DNA of 64,000 nt from an uncultured Anaerolineales bacterium (GCA_964344175.1 CAYFMI010000004.1:5805-69804); one strand, 5' to 3'. Positions 1-9,334 are shown, numbered from the stretch's first letter. The notes: generated from the letters alone by a model not told the origin. Made by a program: numbers and translations.

Positions 1-1077
1 CTCGATAATACCTTTTGTAATCGGTAACCCTAAACCGGGGCCGCCGCCTTTAAATTTTGTTTTGCCGCTGGAATGCAGGGCTACATTTCCCAGGCGGCCA
101 AATTTTTCAAAGATGCGCGGCTGATCGTCGGGGTGAATGCCAATGCCGGTGTCAGAAATGGTTACTTCAATAAACCCAGGGAGACGGCGGCCATCAATGG
201 TGATGGCCCCATTATCGGGGGTATATTTTACGGCATTGGTGAGAATATTCCACAGGGCCTGATACAGCCGCTCTGGATCCGCGAAGGTCATTTCATTGTA
301 GCCGGAAAATTCTTTGATAACCAGTTGGAGAGAACGGTCTTCAATAGCTGTTGTGATTTCATGCCGGGCAATGCCAATTAGCTGATTTAACCAGATCGGC
401 TGATAATTCAACTGCATCATATCGTTGTCGATCAGTGAGACATCAATCATATCGTCAATGATTTCGCGCAAGCGTTGGATGCCATTGCTCACCCCGGTGA
501 GCATGACTTCAACCTGAGCGCGGGCCTGATCGTCGCGGGGGAAGATATCTAGCAGCATTGAGGTATAGCCTTCAACAAGAGTCAAAGGGGTGCGCAGTTC
601 ATGCGCAGCGACCGAAATGAAATCCGATTTGCTTTTGTCGAGGCGTTCTAGGGTGGTGCGGGCCTGGGTCAGCTCATTGGCAATATGCTGGATGTAAATA
701 TCGGTTTCTTGCTGTGATGAATATTGCAGCGCATGGGTGTGAAGCGGCAGCATGGCGTTAATCAACTCCAGCGCATCTGCGTCGCTCAATGCTTCCTGAG
801 CAACATGGTTCAACGAAAGCAAGATATGGCTCAATATAGGAGCCAAACTAGCTTCATGCCGCTCTCTCTCACTCTCTGTACGGGCGGCTGTCCACTGGTC
901 GAGGATTTCGTTCAGCCAGGCCGGGTCACCGCTGATGATGGCTTGCTGCATCAAATCGAAATAGCGCTCAATTTCCTGGCGGAAACTCTCGCGCACGCTT
1001 TCGCCGCGCGCCAACCGGTGGGCCACCCGGTCGGCCCACCGCTCACGAATTTGATCCATCAATTCTACAACGCGCAT
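1..1077 (-). CDS. sensor histidine kinase (3' end runs off the window; start at 1077)
   Basis: Absent from the ORF track because it is cut by the window edge. Reverse translation from ATG 1077 gives MRVVELMDQIRERW... with H-box SVAAHELRTPL and HATPase_c boxes (ISDTGIGIHPDD, GGGPGLGLPITKGIIE at position 1). The + ORFs 73..381 and 724..1098 are its shadows. Confidence 0.85.
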   Translation of the reverse strand, partial: MRVVELMDQIRERWADRVAHRLARGESVRESFRQEIERYFDLMQQAIISGDPAWLNEILDQWTAARTESERERHEASLAPILSHILLSLNHVAQEALSDADALELINAMLPLHTHALQYSSQQETDIYIQHIANELTQARTTLERLDKSKSDFISVAAHELRTPLTLVEGYTSMLLDIFPRDDQARAQVEVMLTGVSNGIQRLREIIDDMIDVSLIDNDMMQLNYQPIWLNQLIGIARHEITTAIEDRSLQLVIKEFSGYNEMTFADPERLYQALWNILTNAVKYTPDNGAITIDGRRLPGFIEVTISDTGIGIHPDDQPRIFEKFGRLGNVALHSSGKTKFKGGGPGLGLPITKGIIE

Positions 1078-1120
1078 AACGAGTTAAGTGTACGCTAACT
1101 TAGGCCATTTATCAAGAAAA

Positions 1121-2044
1121 CTAACGCTTGCTCTCCAGCCATGCTAGCAGCGTATCCCCGACAATTTGCAAACTTTCGGCGGAAACTTTGTCAAATGTGT
1201 CGGCAGTAGTATGCCAATAGGGATAATCAAAGTCGATGATGTCTACTGCGGGGATACCGGCTTCCAGAAAGGGTGTGTGATCGTCGAGCATGCGGTAGCC
1301 GGGGATGAGCTGAAAGGTGTCGCTGTAGCCCAAAGCGGCGGCCTGCTCCCAAAGTTCGAGTTGCAGCTTCTTATCCGAAGTGATCTCCATCGGCAAGTTG
1401 AGATCAGCATCCCCAACCATATCCACAATGATGACAGCATCTGGCGCGCCTTCTAAGCCTGCTACAAAGGCCCGCGAGCCGAGGATCCAATCCCACCCGG
1501 CAATGCGGCCATTATCCTCCGCATCGAAAAACACCAGCCAAATATCGGCTGGATAATCTTGGGGAATGCTGCGCGCCAACTCCATGAGCACCGCCACGCC
1601 CGAGGCCCCATCGTTGGCTCCCGGGACGGGCTGCGTGTGGTTGGCGCTGTCCGGGTCTTGATCGGCGTAGATGCGAGTATCATAATGGGCGGCAAAAATA
1701 TACCAGGGGTGAACGTTGTTTCCGGGTTGAGCAGCCTGCCGTCTTGCGACCAGGTTTTTAATATCATGGCCCATAAATTGCGTTTCCTGAAGTTGCACTT
1801 GCCACCCCGCCCCAGCAAGCTCAGTCTGCATCCAGGCCAAAATTTGAGTGTGCCCCTCGCTACCGGGAATGCGCGCTCCAAAAGATAGCTGGGTGGCAAT
1901 ATCTTGTAGGGCGCGCTGTCCATCGAACGCTTCTACTGTCACAGGAATGAAGCTGCCGCAAGCGGTCAGGGAGAGACAAATCAGGGCAAATAAAAAAATT
2001 TTGGTGTGGTTTGTTAATGTAGCAATGTTTTTAAAAGACATCAT
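1121..2044 (-). CDS. M28 family metallopeptidase / glutaminyl-cyclase-like lipoprotein
   Basis: The ORF has M28 metal-ligand motifs (AAHYDT, GANDGASGVAVLMELAR, FFDAEDNG, DMVGD, LDDHTPF). A lipobox (LSLTAC) follows a hydrophobic signal if the start is the internal MMSFKN (2044). The exact start is uncertain (2041-2071). Confidence 0.85.
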   Translation of the reverse strand: MMSFKNIATLTNHTKIFLFALICLSLTACGSFIPVTVEAFDGQRALQDIATQLSFGARIPGSEGHTQILAWMQTELAGAGWQVQLQETQFMGHDIKNLVARRQAAQPGNNVHPWYIFAAHYDTRIYADQDPDSANHTQPVPGANDGASGVAVLMELARSIPQDYPADIWLVFFDAEDNGRIAGWDWILGSRAFVAGLEGAPDAVIIVDMVGDADLNLPMEITSDKKLQLELWEQAAALGYSDTFQLIPGYRMLDDHTPFLEAGIPAVDIIDFDYPYWHTTADTFDKVSAESLQIVGDTLLAWLESKR

Positions 2045-2112
2045 TGAATGGGTATTGGCTATGCGCATCACTTTCTGTCACATCAATTAACCGCACTGTC
2101 TGCGGGGGCTTG

Positions 2113-3474
2113 CTATTGATTTGACAGAAAGTCTTCCAGGGCGCGCCCGGCTCTTTCGGCGTAGGCCTGCATCCGTTGACGCTTGTTGCGCCGCCCCTTC
2201 CCTGCCCCAGCATCCAATGGCGGCAGTATCCCAAAATTGGCCTTCATCGGTTGGAAGTCTGCCGGGCTGGCATGGGTGATGTAGTGACACAATGCGCCCA
2301 ACATCGTATCGCGAGGCAATTCCAAAGGGGTCTGCCCTCGCAGGTGTCGGGCCGCATTCCACCCGGCCAACAGCCCGGTGGCTATATTTCCGGCATACCC
2401 TTCTACACCGGTGATCTGTCCGGCGAAAAACAAATCTCGTCGGCTGTGAAACTGAAGCGTTGGCTGCAACAAGGTCGGTGCGAAGATAAATGTATTACGG
2501 TGCATCTGACCGTAGCGGGCAAACTCCGCTTTTTCCAGCCCTGGGATCATTCGAAAGACGCGGCGCTGCTCAGAAAAGGTTAAATTCGTCTGAAATCCTA
2601 CCAGGTTGTATAGCGATCCAGCCAGGTCGTCCTGGCGAAGCTGAACAACTGCATAGGGGCGCTTGCCGGTGCGCGGGTCCACCAAACCGACCGGGCGCAA
2701 CGGGCCGAAGGCCAATGTATCCTGCCCGCGTTGCCCCAGGATTTCAACCGGAAGACATCCCTCAAAGAAGGTGTGCATCCCGGCTTTAACGCCACTCTCC
2801 AGGTTTTGCTCAAACGACTTCAAGGCAATCCGCTTGGCAGAGGTCAGGGCATCCACAAAGGCGTAATATTGGGCCTCATCGAATGGGCAGTTGATATAGT
2901 CGCCGTCCGCTTGCTCGCCGCGCCCATAACGCGAGGCCCGATAAGCCACCTGCATATTGATTGATTCGAGTGTCACGATGGGCGAGATGGCATCGAAGAA
3001 ATAAAGATGCTCTTGCCCCGTCAGGGAGGCGATAGCGTCGGAGAGGCGGTTGGATGTTAGCGGGCCAGATGCAATGATGGCTGGGGTATCTGGGATCTGG
3101 GTTATTTCCCGACGCACAATTTCGACCTGGGGATGCTCCACCAGGCGGGCTGTTACTTGTTGGGCAAAGGCCTGGCGGTCCACCGCCAGCGCACCTCCGG
3201 CGGGAACCGCAGTTTCGTCGGCGCAGCGGATCAGGAGCGAACCCATGCGGCGAAGTTCGTTCTTAAGCACACCAGGGGCGCGATCGGGCAAGTTCGAACC
3301 GAGAGAATTTGAGCATACCAACTCGGCCAAATCGCCGCCGGTATGCGCGCCAGTTTCGAGCTTAGGCCGCATTTCATACAGCCCTACTCGTATACCTCTT
3401 TGGGCGGCCTGCCAGGCTGCTTCACTCCCCGCCAGACCGCCGCCAACAATTATCAGTTCATGCGTAGTCGTCAT
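2113..3474 (-). CDS. trmFO: methylenetetrahydrofolate--tRNA-(uracil-5-)-methyltransferase TrmFO
   Basis: FAD-binding [14 protein letters not shown] and full-length TrmFO/Gid-like sequence ([20 protein letters not shown]). Start moved to MTTTHEL (ATG 3474). The 32-codon upstream extension in the track looks non-coding. Confidence 0.94.
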   Translation of the reverse strand: MTTTHELIIVGGGLAGSEAAWQAAQRGIRVGLYEMRPKLETGAHTGGDLAELVCSNSLGSNLPDRAPGVLKNELRRMGSLLIRCADETAVPAGGALAVDRQAFAQQVTARLVEHPQVEIVRREITQIPDTPAIIASGPLTSNRLSDAIASLTGQEHLYFFDAISPIVTLESINMQVAYRASRYGRGEQADGDYINCPFDEAQYYAFVDALTSAKRIALKSFEQNLESGVKAGMHTFFEGCLPVEILGQRGQDTLAFGPLRPVGLVDPRTGKRPYAVVQLRQDDLAGSLYNLVGFQTNLTFSEQRRVFRMIPGLEKAEFARYGQMHRNTFIFAPTLLQPTLQFHSRRDLFFAGQITGVEGYAGNIATGLLAGWNAARHLRGQTPLELPRDTMLGALCHYITHASPADFQPMKANFGILPPLDAGAGKGRRNKRQRMQAYAERAGRALEDFLSNQ

Positions 3475-3564
3475 CAATAGTAGAAAACGGGAATTCGAAA
3501 ATCCAATAAGAATCTCAAGTGGCCGTATTGTACCAGGGAAGATCGGTACCACTCTTGCAACTTT

Positions 3565-3580
3565 TGGCACATTTCTTGCA
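3565..3580 (+). promoter_or_regulatory. sigma-54 (-24/-12) promoter candidate upstream of rpoN
   Basis: TGGCAC(3565-3570)-ATTTC-TTGCA(3576-3580) exactly matches the TGGCAC-N5-TTGCW core, 48 nt upstream of the rpoN ATG in the correct orientation. It overlaps a possible sigma-70 promoter (TTGCAA 3576-3581, 17 nt spacer, TATACT 3599-3604). Confidence 0.6.
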
Positions 3581-3627
3581 ACTTTAAGGATTAATCGCTA
3601 TACTATCGATACCGGAAAGGTCTTCGT

Positions 3628-5058
3628 ATGTACCCAATCCATCTTCAGCAAATTGGCCCTCGGACTACGGCACACCTGGCACAAACAATGACTTTACTCG
3701 GCATGACCACCGCCGAGTTAAAGCAAAAAATTGAGGCCGAATTATCCCAAAACCCGGCCCTGGAATTACTTGAGGCGCGTAGCTGCCGCACCTGTGGGCG
3801 CACGCTGGTTGGGTCAACGCCTTGTTCAATTTGCTCTCGTCCCCATAATCCCGACAACGCCGAACCGATTGTCTTTACCTCCGCCCGGCAGGATTTTTAC
3901 GTCAACGCCGGGGGGAACACAACGAACTCACTTTCTCCCGAAGATTTACCGGATGACAATATCTCGCCCGAGGTTGATCTAGCCAGCTATGTGCTCCGGC
4001 AAATTGCGCCGGAGTTGGCTGAGCAAGACCGCGGGATTGCGGCCCATATTCTCACCAGCCTGGATGAGGATGGCTTGCTGCCAATCCCCCTCTTTGAGAT
4101 CAGCCGTTACCATCATGTTTCTCCCGAACGCGTCGGAGCAGTATTAGAATTGATCCAGCACTCGGAGCCAATTGGCGTAGGCGCCGGCAGCCCTCAAGAA
4201 GCGCTTTTGATCCAGCTCAACATTCTCGAACAGACTCAGGCGGTACCTCAGCATGCTGAACGCGCTATTCGAGAGGGGATGCACTTGCTCAGCCGCTACC
4301 ATTACGCCAAACTCGGCCAACTGCTGGACATCCCTCCCCAGGAGGCAGAGGCAATTGCTCAATTTATCAGTGCCAACCTCAACCCTTATCCGGGGCGCTC
4401 TCATTGGGGCAGTATCCGCCAGGGAAGCGAAGCTCATCCGGAGGTCTATCATCATCCCGACATTGTCATCAGCATGCTCAACGGGAAGAGCGATGGCCCG
4501 TTGGTCGTCGAATTGCTTTTCCCCTTATGGGGGTCCTTGCGCATCCAACCGCTCTTTCGCAGAGAGATCAAAAACGCCCCGAAGGACAAGGCTGCGGCAT
4601 GGCATGAAGATTTAGAAAGGGCCAATCTTTTGATAAAATGCCTGCGGCAGCGCGAGAACACCATGCAGCAACTGGCAACCGAAATCGCCAGAGAACAGCG
4701 CGGTTTCATTTTGCGGGGCGACCGGCATTCAAAACCGATGACGCGCGCCAGCATTGCTGACCGTCTCGGCGTGCATGAGTCGACAATTTCGCGGGCAGTA
4801 TCCGGAAAAACTGCGCAATTGCCAAATGGGCGCATCATCCCACTGAGTAAGTTTTTCGACCGCAGCCTTCACATTCGCGCCCAAATTCGAGAGATCATCA
4901 TGCATGAAAAGAATGCGTTGACGGACGCCCAAATTGCCGATATGCTCAAAGAATATGGGCATGATATTGCCCGGCGGACGGTTGCCAAATATCGCTCCAT
5001 GGAAGGGATACTATCGGCGCGCACGCGTCAAAGAGTCGCAAATCCATCCAATGGTTAA
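3628..5058 (+). CDS. rpoN: RNA polymerase sigma-54 factor RpoN
   Basis: Region I (LLGMTTAELKQKIEAELSQNPALELLE), core-binding region, C-terminal HTH and RpoN box (ARRTVAKYR). An unusual CxxC-N9-CxxC insertion follows region I. Confidence 0.93.
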   Translation: MYPIHLQQIGPRTTAHLAQTMTLLGMTTAELKQKIEAELSQNPALELLEARSCRTCGRTLVGSTPCSICSRPHNPDNAEPIVFTSARQDFYVNAGGNTTNSLSPEDLPDDNISPEVDLASYVLRQIAPELAEQDRGIAAHILTSLDEDGLLPIPLFEISRYHHVSPERVGAVLELIQHSEPIGVGAGSPQEALLIQLNILEQTQAVPQHAERAIREGMHLLSRYHYAKLGQLLDIPPQEAEAIAQFISANLNPYPGRSHWGSIRQGSEAHPEVYHHPDIVISMLNGKSDGPLVVELLFPLWGSLRIQPLFRREIKNAPKDKAAAWHEDLERANLLIKCLRQRENTMQQLATEIAREQRGFILRGDRHSKPMTRASIADRLGVHESTISRAVSGKTAQLPNGRIIPLSKFFDRSLHIRAQIREIIMHEKNALTDAQIADMLKEYGHDIARRTVAKYRSMEGILSARTRQRVANPSNG

Positions 5059-7042
5059 TTTCTTTTCTCGCTCCCGAACAGCGGCTTTGCCGCAACTCAG
5101 CATTGAAGATCTTGAAGAATTTCTATTGGTCATCTCCAAAGCGGCTATTCTGATTAACAACGAAAGCCGCCAGATCGTCGCTGTGAACCCAAAAGTGATG
5201 GAGATTAGCGCCTACACGCGGGCCGAGTTAAAGAGTATGCAAATTGAGCAACTTTTTAATGAGTGCATCGACGCCTATCTCGTCGCCCGTCAATCTCAAA
5301 GAGAACCCACTCTCCCGCGCCTGATTCTGCTGACGCGCAACGGGCATCATATCCCGGTAAGTTTACATGCCCAACCATTGGCGAATAATCGTCCCTGGGT
5401 TTTGCTGACCTTCGAAAGCGTTGATTTGCGCAAGCGAAAGAAGATTGGCGAAAGCCTGTTGAGCAACCTGCTTAACGAACAATTATTGGCGCTGGCTGTC
5501 GCCCTCTCTATTGCGGATCCCGACGCGGCCCTGAAGCGGGTGCTCGAAATTGGCGAGACATTGCTCCCAGAGAGTACATTGGGCGCGTATATCGGCCAGA
5601 GTCAAAAACCCAGCGCGAGGCTGGTCAGCGCGCGGGGGCCAGATGCAGACGTGCTCCCCGACGAGGTGTCTGCTCAGGACTTAAACCATTTGTTCAAGGC
5701 CTCACTCTGGCGGCAGGGCGAACGCGCCATTCTGACATTGTTGCACCAGCGCGTTCGCACAGCCAAATTCGCCTATCTGGCATCATCCCCCATCAGCGAA
5801 CCAAGTGAAACAAGAGCCTGGCTGGGGTTTCTCGTTGCAGGCGGGCGGAATACGCCCCACGAAAGCACTGCCCAAATCCTAAATATTCTGGCTGCCTTCA
5901 CCGGCACAATCATCCGCAATACTATTTTGTTGACCCACTTGCGCAGGTCGATCACAGACTGCCAGGCCCGCCTCAACACATGGGAATTGGCAAAAGACCA
6001 TATCCGGGATGGCGTCATTGTGATTTCACCTTCTATGCAGGTCGTATCGGTCAACCCATCGGCAGAATATATCTTCGGCTACGCTGCCCGAGAGATTCAA
6101 GGTGTGGCTATCGAAAACGTTCTCATTGGCAACAAGCATCTGATCCCGGCGATCCAAAACGCTTTGGAAGGCACGACTATTCCAAATATTGGTAATGCCA
6201 CCCTGCACCGCCGCGATGGGACAATCTTCCCGGCAGAATTATCCATCACGCCACTCCACAATGGAGATCAACTCTCCGGGGCGATCATCATTGTGCGCGA
6301 TATTAGCAAAGATGAACAAATTCGCATCCACACCCAACAACTTGAGCAACGCGCCTTACTCGGTGAAGTCACGGCAGTCTTTGCCCACGAAGTGCGCAAC
6401 CCCATCAACAACATCAGCATGGGGCTGCAACTGCTCGACCGGAGATTCGACAACGATCACCCTGAAAAAGAACGCATTCTGAATATGCAAGACGACTGTC
6501 AACGCCTGACCGCATTGATGGATTCGGTACTCGTTTTTTCACGCACGGGGAATTATGCATTCGTCCCCACAGATGCCCATCAGCTTCTGCAGCGCATTCT
6601 GAAGCGCTGGCACCCGCGCATGGCTCATGTCGGCGTTGAATATCATCTCCAGGCATCCAAAGATCTACCCGAAATCTCTGGCGATGCCCGCAGTCTGGAG
6701 CAAGTTTTTACCAATATTATCAGTAATGCCATCCAGGCTATGCAAGAGAATGGCGGACTGCTTTCGATTAAACTTTCTACAAAAAACAACCCTGGCGGTA
6801 AGACTATTGTACAGATCGATTTTTCCGATACTGGCCCAGGGATCCCTGAAGCGCATATCGAAAAAATATTCGACCCCTTCTACACGACCAACCCGCAGGG
6901 CACCGGCCTGGGTCTTGCCATCACCAAACAAATTATCACCGCCCATCGAGGCACAATTACAGTGACATCCTTCCCCGGCGGCACGATCTTTCACGTCCAG
7001 TTGCCGGTTGCCACCCCCACAACGGAGACACCCGCCTTATGA
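5051..7042 (+). CDS. PAS domain sensor histidine kinase (NtrB-like)
   Basis: H-box FAHEVRNPINNI with N and G boxes (SNAIQAM, DTGPGI, GTGLGLAITKQI), preceded by PAS-like segments. Start placed at ATG 5051 (MVNFFSR), overlapping the rpoN stop by 8 nt. The track's longer 4934 start lies inside rpoN. Confidence 0.9.
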   Translation: MVNFFSRSRTAALPQLSIEDLEEFLLVISKAAILINNESRQIVAVNPKVMEISAYTRAELKSMQIEQLFNECIDAYLVARQSQREPTLPRLILLTRNGHHIPVSLHAQPLANNRPWVLLTFESVDLRKRKKIGESLLSNLLNEQLLALAVALSIADPDAALKRVLEIGETLLPESTLGAYIGQSQKPSARLVSARGPDADVLPDEVSAQDLNHLFKASLWRQGERAILTLLHQRVRTAKFAYLASSPISEPSETRAWLGFLVAGGRNTPHESTAQILNILAAFTGTIIRNTILLTHLRRSITDCQARLNTWELAKDHIRDGVIVISPSMQVVSVNPSAEYIFGYAAREIQGVAIENVLIGNKHLIPAIQNALEGTTIPNIGNATLHRRDGTIFPAELSITPLHNGDQLSGAIIIVRDISKDEQIRIHTQQLEQRALLGEVTAVFAHEVRNPINNISMGLQLLDRRFDNDHPEKERILNMQDDCQRLTALMDSVLVFSRTGNYAFVPTDAHQLLQRILKRWHPRMAHVGVEYHLQASKDLPEISGDARSLEQVFTNIISNAIQAMQENGGLLSIKLSTKNNPGGKTIVQIDFSDTGPGIPEAHIEKIFDPFYTTNPQGTGLGLAITKQIITAHRGTITVTSFPGGTIFHVQLPVATPTTETPAL

Positions 7043-8208
7043 CAGCGACGATCCTTATTGTCGACGATGAAGAAAACGCCCGCAAACACATCGGAGATTT
7101 TCTTACCGAAGAGGGCTACGAAGTACTGACCGCGGCAAACCTGAGTGATGCCCGCACTCAAATAGCAAACGAGAGCGCCGACATCATATTGCTGGATGTG
7201 CAGCTCCCAGATGGCTATGGCCCCGACTTGCTCGAAGAGACCGCACAGATGAGCGCGCGCCCGCCGATCATCTTGATCACGGCACACGGCGATATCGACA
7301 TGGCTGTCGAAGCCATGCGTAATGGCGCTCACGATTTTTTGCAAAAGCCGATCCAATTCGAACGGCTCGATCAATCGATCCTGCGGGCTAAAGAACTGGT
7401 CGCTCTGCGCCGCGAGTTAAACCACCTGCGCGGTCGGCAGCGCGGCAGCAACGATTTTGTCGTGGGGAACAGTGCAGCCATGCGTAACCTGCTTCAGCAT
7501 GCCCAACGCGCCGCCCAAGCATCGGTGTCGGTATTAATCACTGGAGAAACCGGCACCGGAAAAGAAGTGTTAGCAAGTGCCATTCACCAAATGAGTCCCC
7601 GTGCCGAAAAACCCTTTGTGGGCATCAACTGTGCCGCCATTCAAAGCACGGTCTTAGAATCGGAATTATTTGGCTATGAGGCCGGCGCCTTTACCGGTGC
7701 GCAAAAACGAAAACACGGCTTGATGGAAGTCGCCGACGAAGGCATATTATTCCTCGATGAGATTTCGTCCATGCCGGTGGATATGCAGGCCAAACTGCTG
7801 CGCGCTATCGAAGAACAAGCCTTCCGCCGGGTCGGGGGCACCAACCTCATCAAAGTCGATGTCCAAATTCTGGCCGCATCGAACCGCGATTTGCAAAAAA
7901 TGATCGCATCCGGTCAATTCCGCGAAGATCTCTATTATCGTCTCAAAGTGGTTGATTTACACCTGCCCCCATTACGCGAGCGCAAAGAGGATATCCCCGC
8001 GCTGATTGCCCTCTTCATCCAGATGAACAATCTCCGCATGGGGTTGAACATTAACGATATGTCCCCGCGGGCAATGTCAGTGTTGGCACAACACGACTGG
8101 CCGGGCAATATTCGCGAACTACGCAACGTCATCGAACGCGCCATGCTGTTCTGCGATGATGCCGCAATTGACCTGCAGCACCTGTCGCCCGAACTGACTT
8201 CCGGGTAG
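7039..8208 (+). CDS. sigma-54-dependent response regulator (REC + AAA+), no DNA-binding domain
   Basis: REC (ILLDVQLPDG), Walker A GETGTGKE, GAFTGA loop (YEAGAFTGAQ), and sensor II GNIRELRNVIERA. The protein ends about 25 aa later with no Fis-type HTH. ATGA overlap with the upstream kinase. Confidence 0.92.
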   Translation: MTATILIVDDEENARKHIGDFLTEEGYEVLTAANLSDARTQIANESADIILLDVQLPDGYGPDLLEETAQMSARPPIILITAHGDIDMAVEAMRNGAHDFLQKPIQFERLDQSILRAKELVALRRELNHLRGRQRGSNDFVVGNSAAMRNLLQHAQRAAQASVSVLITGETGTGKEVLASAIHQMSPRAEKPFVGINCAAIQSTVLESELFGYEAGAFTGAQKRKHGLMEVADEGILFLDEISSMPVDMQAKLLRAIEEQAFRRVGGTNLIKVDVQILAASNRDLQKMIASGQFREDLYYRLKVVDLHLPPLRERKEDIPALIALFIQMNNLRMGLNINDMSPRAMSVLAQHDWPGNIRELRNVIERAMLFCDDAAIDLQHLSPELTSG

Positions 8209-8216
8209 AAGACAGT

Positions 8217-8245
8217 TTGATTTTTTGACGATTTCGCAGTAAACT
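8217..8245 (+). promoter_or_regulatory. sigma-70-type promoter candidate for tatA
   Basis: TTGATT (8217-8222), 17-nt spacer, TAAACT (8240-8245), about 35 nt upstream of the tatA ATG. Pattern match only. Confidence 0.3.
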
Positions 8246-8280
8246 AGACTCACGTTGATCAACAAACCAGGAGTAGTACT

Positions 8281-8460
8281 ATGAATTTAGGTCCAACTGA
8301 GCTGATTATTATATTGATTATTGTTATCCTCCTCTTTGGTGTTGGCCGCATTGGGAAAATTGCTGGCGAACTCGGTGGCGGCATTCGCGCCTTCCGCGAG
8401 GGCTTGAAGGACGACGAAGAAAACGAAGAGGCACCCCCCACCGACGAACATCAAGCCTGA
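8281..8460 (+). CDS. tatA: twin-arginine translocase subunit TatA/E
   Basis: 59-aa ORF below the track threshold: MNLGPTELIIILIIVILLFGVGRIGKIAGELGGGIRAFREGLKDDEENEE... It shows the typical TatA TM helix, FG hinge and amphipathic helix. AGGAG RBS sits 8 nt upstream. The minus ORF 8259..8441 is its shadow. Confidence 0.85.
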   Translation: MNLGPTELIIILIIVILLFGVGRIGKIAGELGGGIRAFREGLKDDEENEEAPPTDEHQA

Positions 8461-8491
8461 CCTCTTGTTAGGTTTATGTCTTTATGTATAA

Positions 8492-8528
8492 AAGGTCTTG
8501 CTGGGTTCATTGCCGCAAGGCCTTTATT
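8492..8528 (+). terminator. putative intrinsic terminator after tatA
   Basis: Stem AGGTCTTGC / GCAAGGCCT (one G-U pair) followed by TTTATT. It overlaps the track's long modA start, supporting the internal modA start. Confidence 0.4.
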
Positions 8529-8545
8529 CATGCGGAAAATCGCAC

Positions 8546-9322
8546 ATGTCACGGCAGTCAAGATTGCTTCTAACTTTGGCGCTCATCATCGCAACGCAAA
8601 TTAGCGGTGGTTGCCAGAGTATGCAAGCACCTCAAGGCTTAACCATTGCGGCTGCATCCAGCTTGCACACTGCCTTTCGCGAAATCGGCACATCTTTTAG
8701 CCAACAAACCGGGGTTCCGGTCACATTTTCTTTTGCAGCAACCGGGACACTCACCCAGCAAATGAAACATGGTGCGCCTTTTGACATCTTTGCCGCCGCA
8801 GATACACGCCACGTCGCCGATTTGACCGAGCAAGGCTTTATTGCCCCAGGCAGCCAGGCAATATTCGCCAATGGCGAAATTGCGTTAGTCTTTCACCGAA
8901 ATTCCGGGCTAGAAATTAACACCCTCGACGATCTGACGACCGAATCGATTGAACGAATAACGATTGCCAACCCAAAGATAGCGCCCTACGGCATGGCCGC
9001 CCAACAAGCGCTCGAACATGCTGGTTTATGGCAGCAATATGAAGATCGCCTCATTTACGGAGAAAATGTGCGCCAATCGCTGCAATTTGTTGAGAGCGGC
9101 GAAGTTACCATTGGCATCCTGCCCGTCTCCCTGCTGCTTGAAAGCGACCTTCTTCGCATCCCCATTAACGCCGAATTCTATCACCCTGTCGAACACGGCA
9201 TAGGGATCGCGACTCAAACTCAGCATGCGAAGGATGCGCAACTTTTCTTGGCGTTCATACTCAGCCCCGAGGGGCAAACAATCTTGAACAAGCATGGGCT
9301 ATCCTCGCCCAAAAAACCCTAA
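8546..9322 (+). CDS. modA: molybdate ABC transporter substrate-binding lipoprotein ModA
   Basis: Signal/lipobox (LALIIATQISGGC) and ModA-type motifs (IAAASSL, FAATGTLTQQMKHGAPFDIFAAAD). Followed by modB and modC. Start at ATG 8546. Confidence 0.9.
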   Translation: MSRQSRLLLTLALIIATQISGGCQSMQAPQGLTIAAASSLHTAFREIGTSFSQQTGVPVTFSFAATGTLTQQMKHGAPFDIFAAADTRHVADLTEQGFIAPGSQAIFANGEIALVFHRNSGLEINTLDDLTTESIERITIANPKIAPYGMAAQQALEHAGLWQQYEDRLIYGENVRQSLQFVESGEVTIGILPVSLLLESDLLRIPINAEFYHPVEHGIGIATQTQHAKDAQLFLAFILSPEGQTILNKHGLSSPKKP

Positions 9323-9334
9323 TCGTCTACGTAC

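Noticed and set aside
73-1098. Plus-strand ORFs 73..381 and 724..1098
   Set aside because: They are shadows of the edge-truncated minus-strand histidine kinase, which shows H-box and ATPase motifs.
3050-3691. 213-aa plus-strand ORF overlapping trmFO and the rpoN start
   Set aside because: It is antisense to a well-supported trmFO and runs through the intergenic promoter region. No recognisable motifs.
8461-8545. Molybdenum-cofactor riboswitch upstream of modA
   Set aside because: The gap is only about 85 nt and is explained by a tatA terminator hairpin. No Moco-motif consensus is visible.
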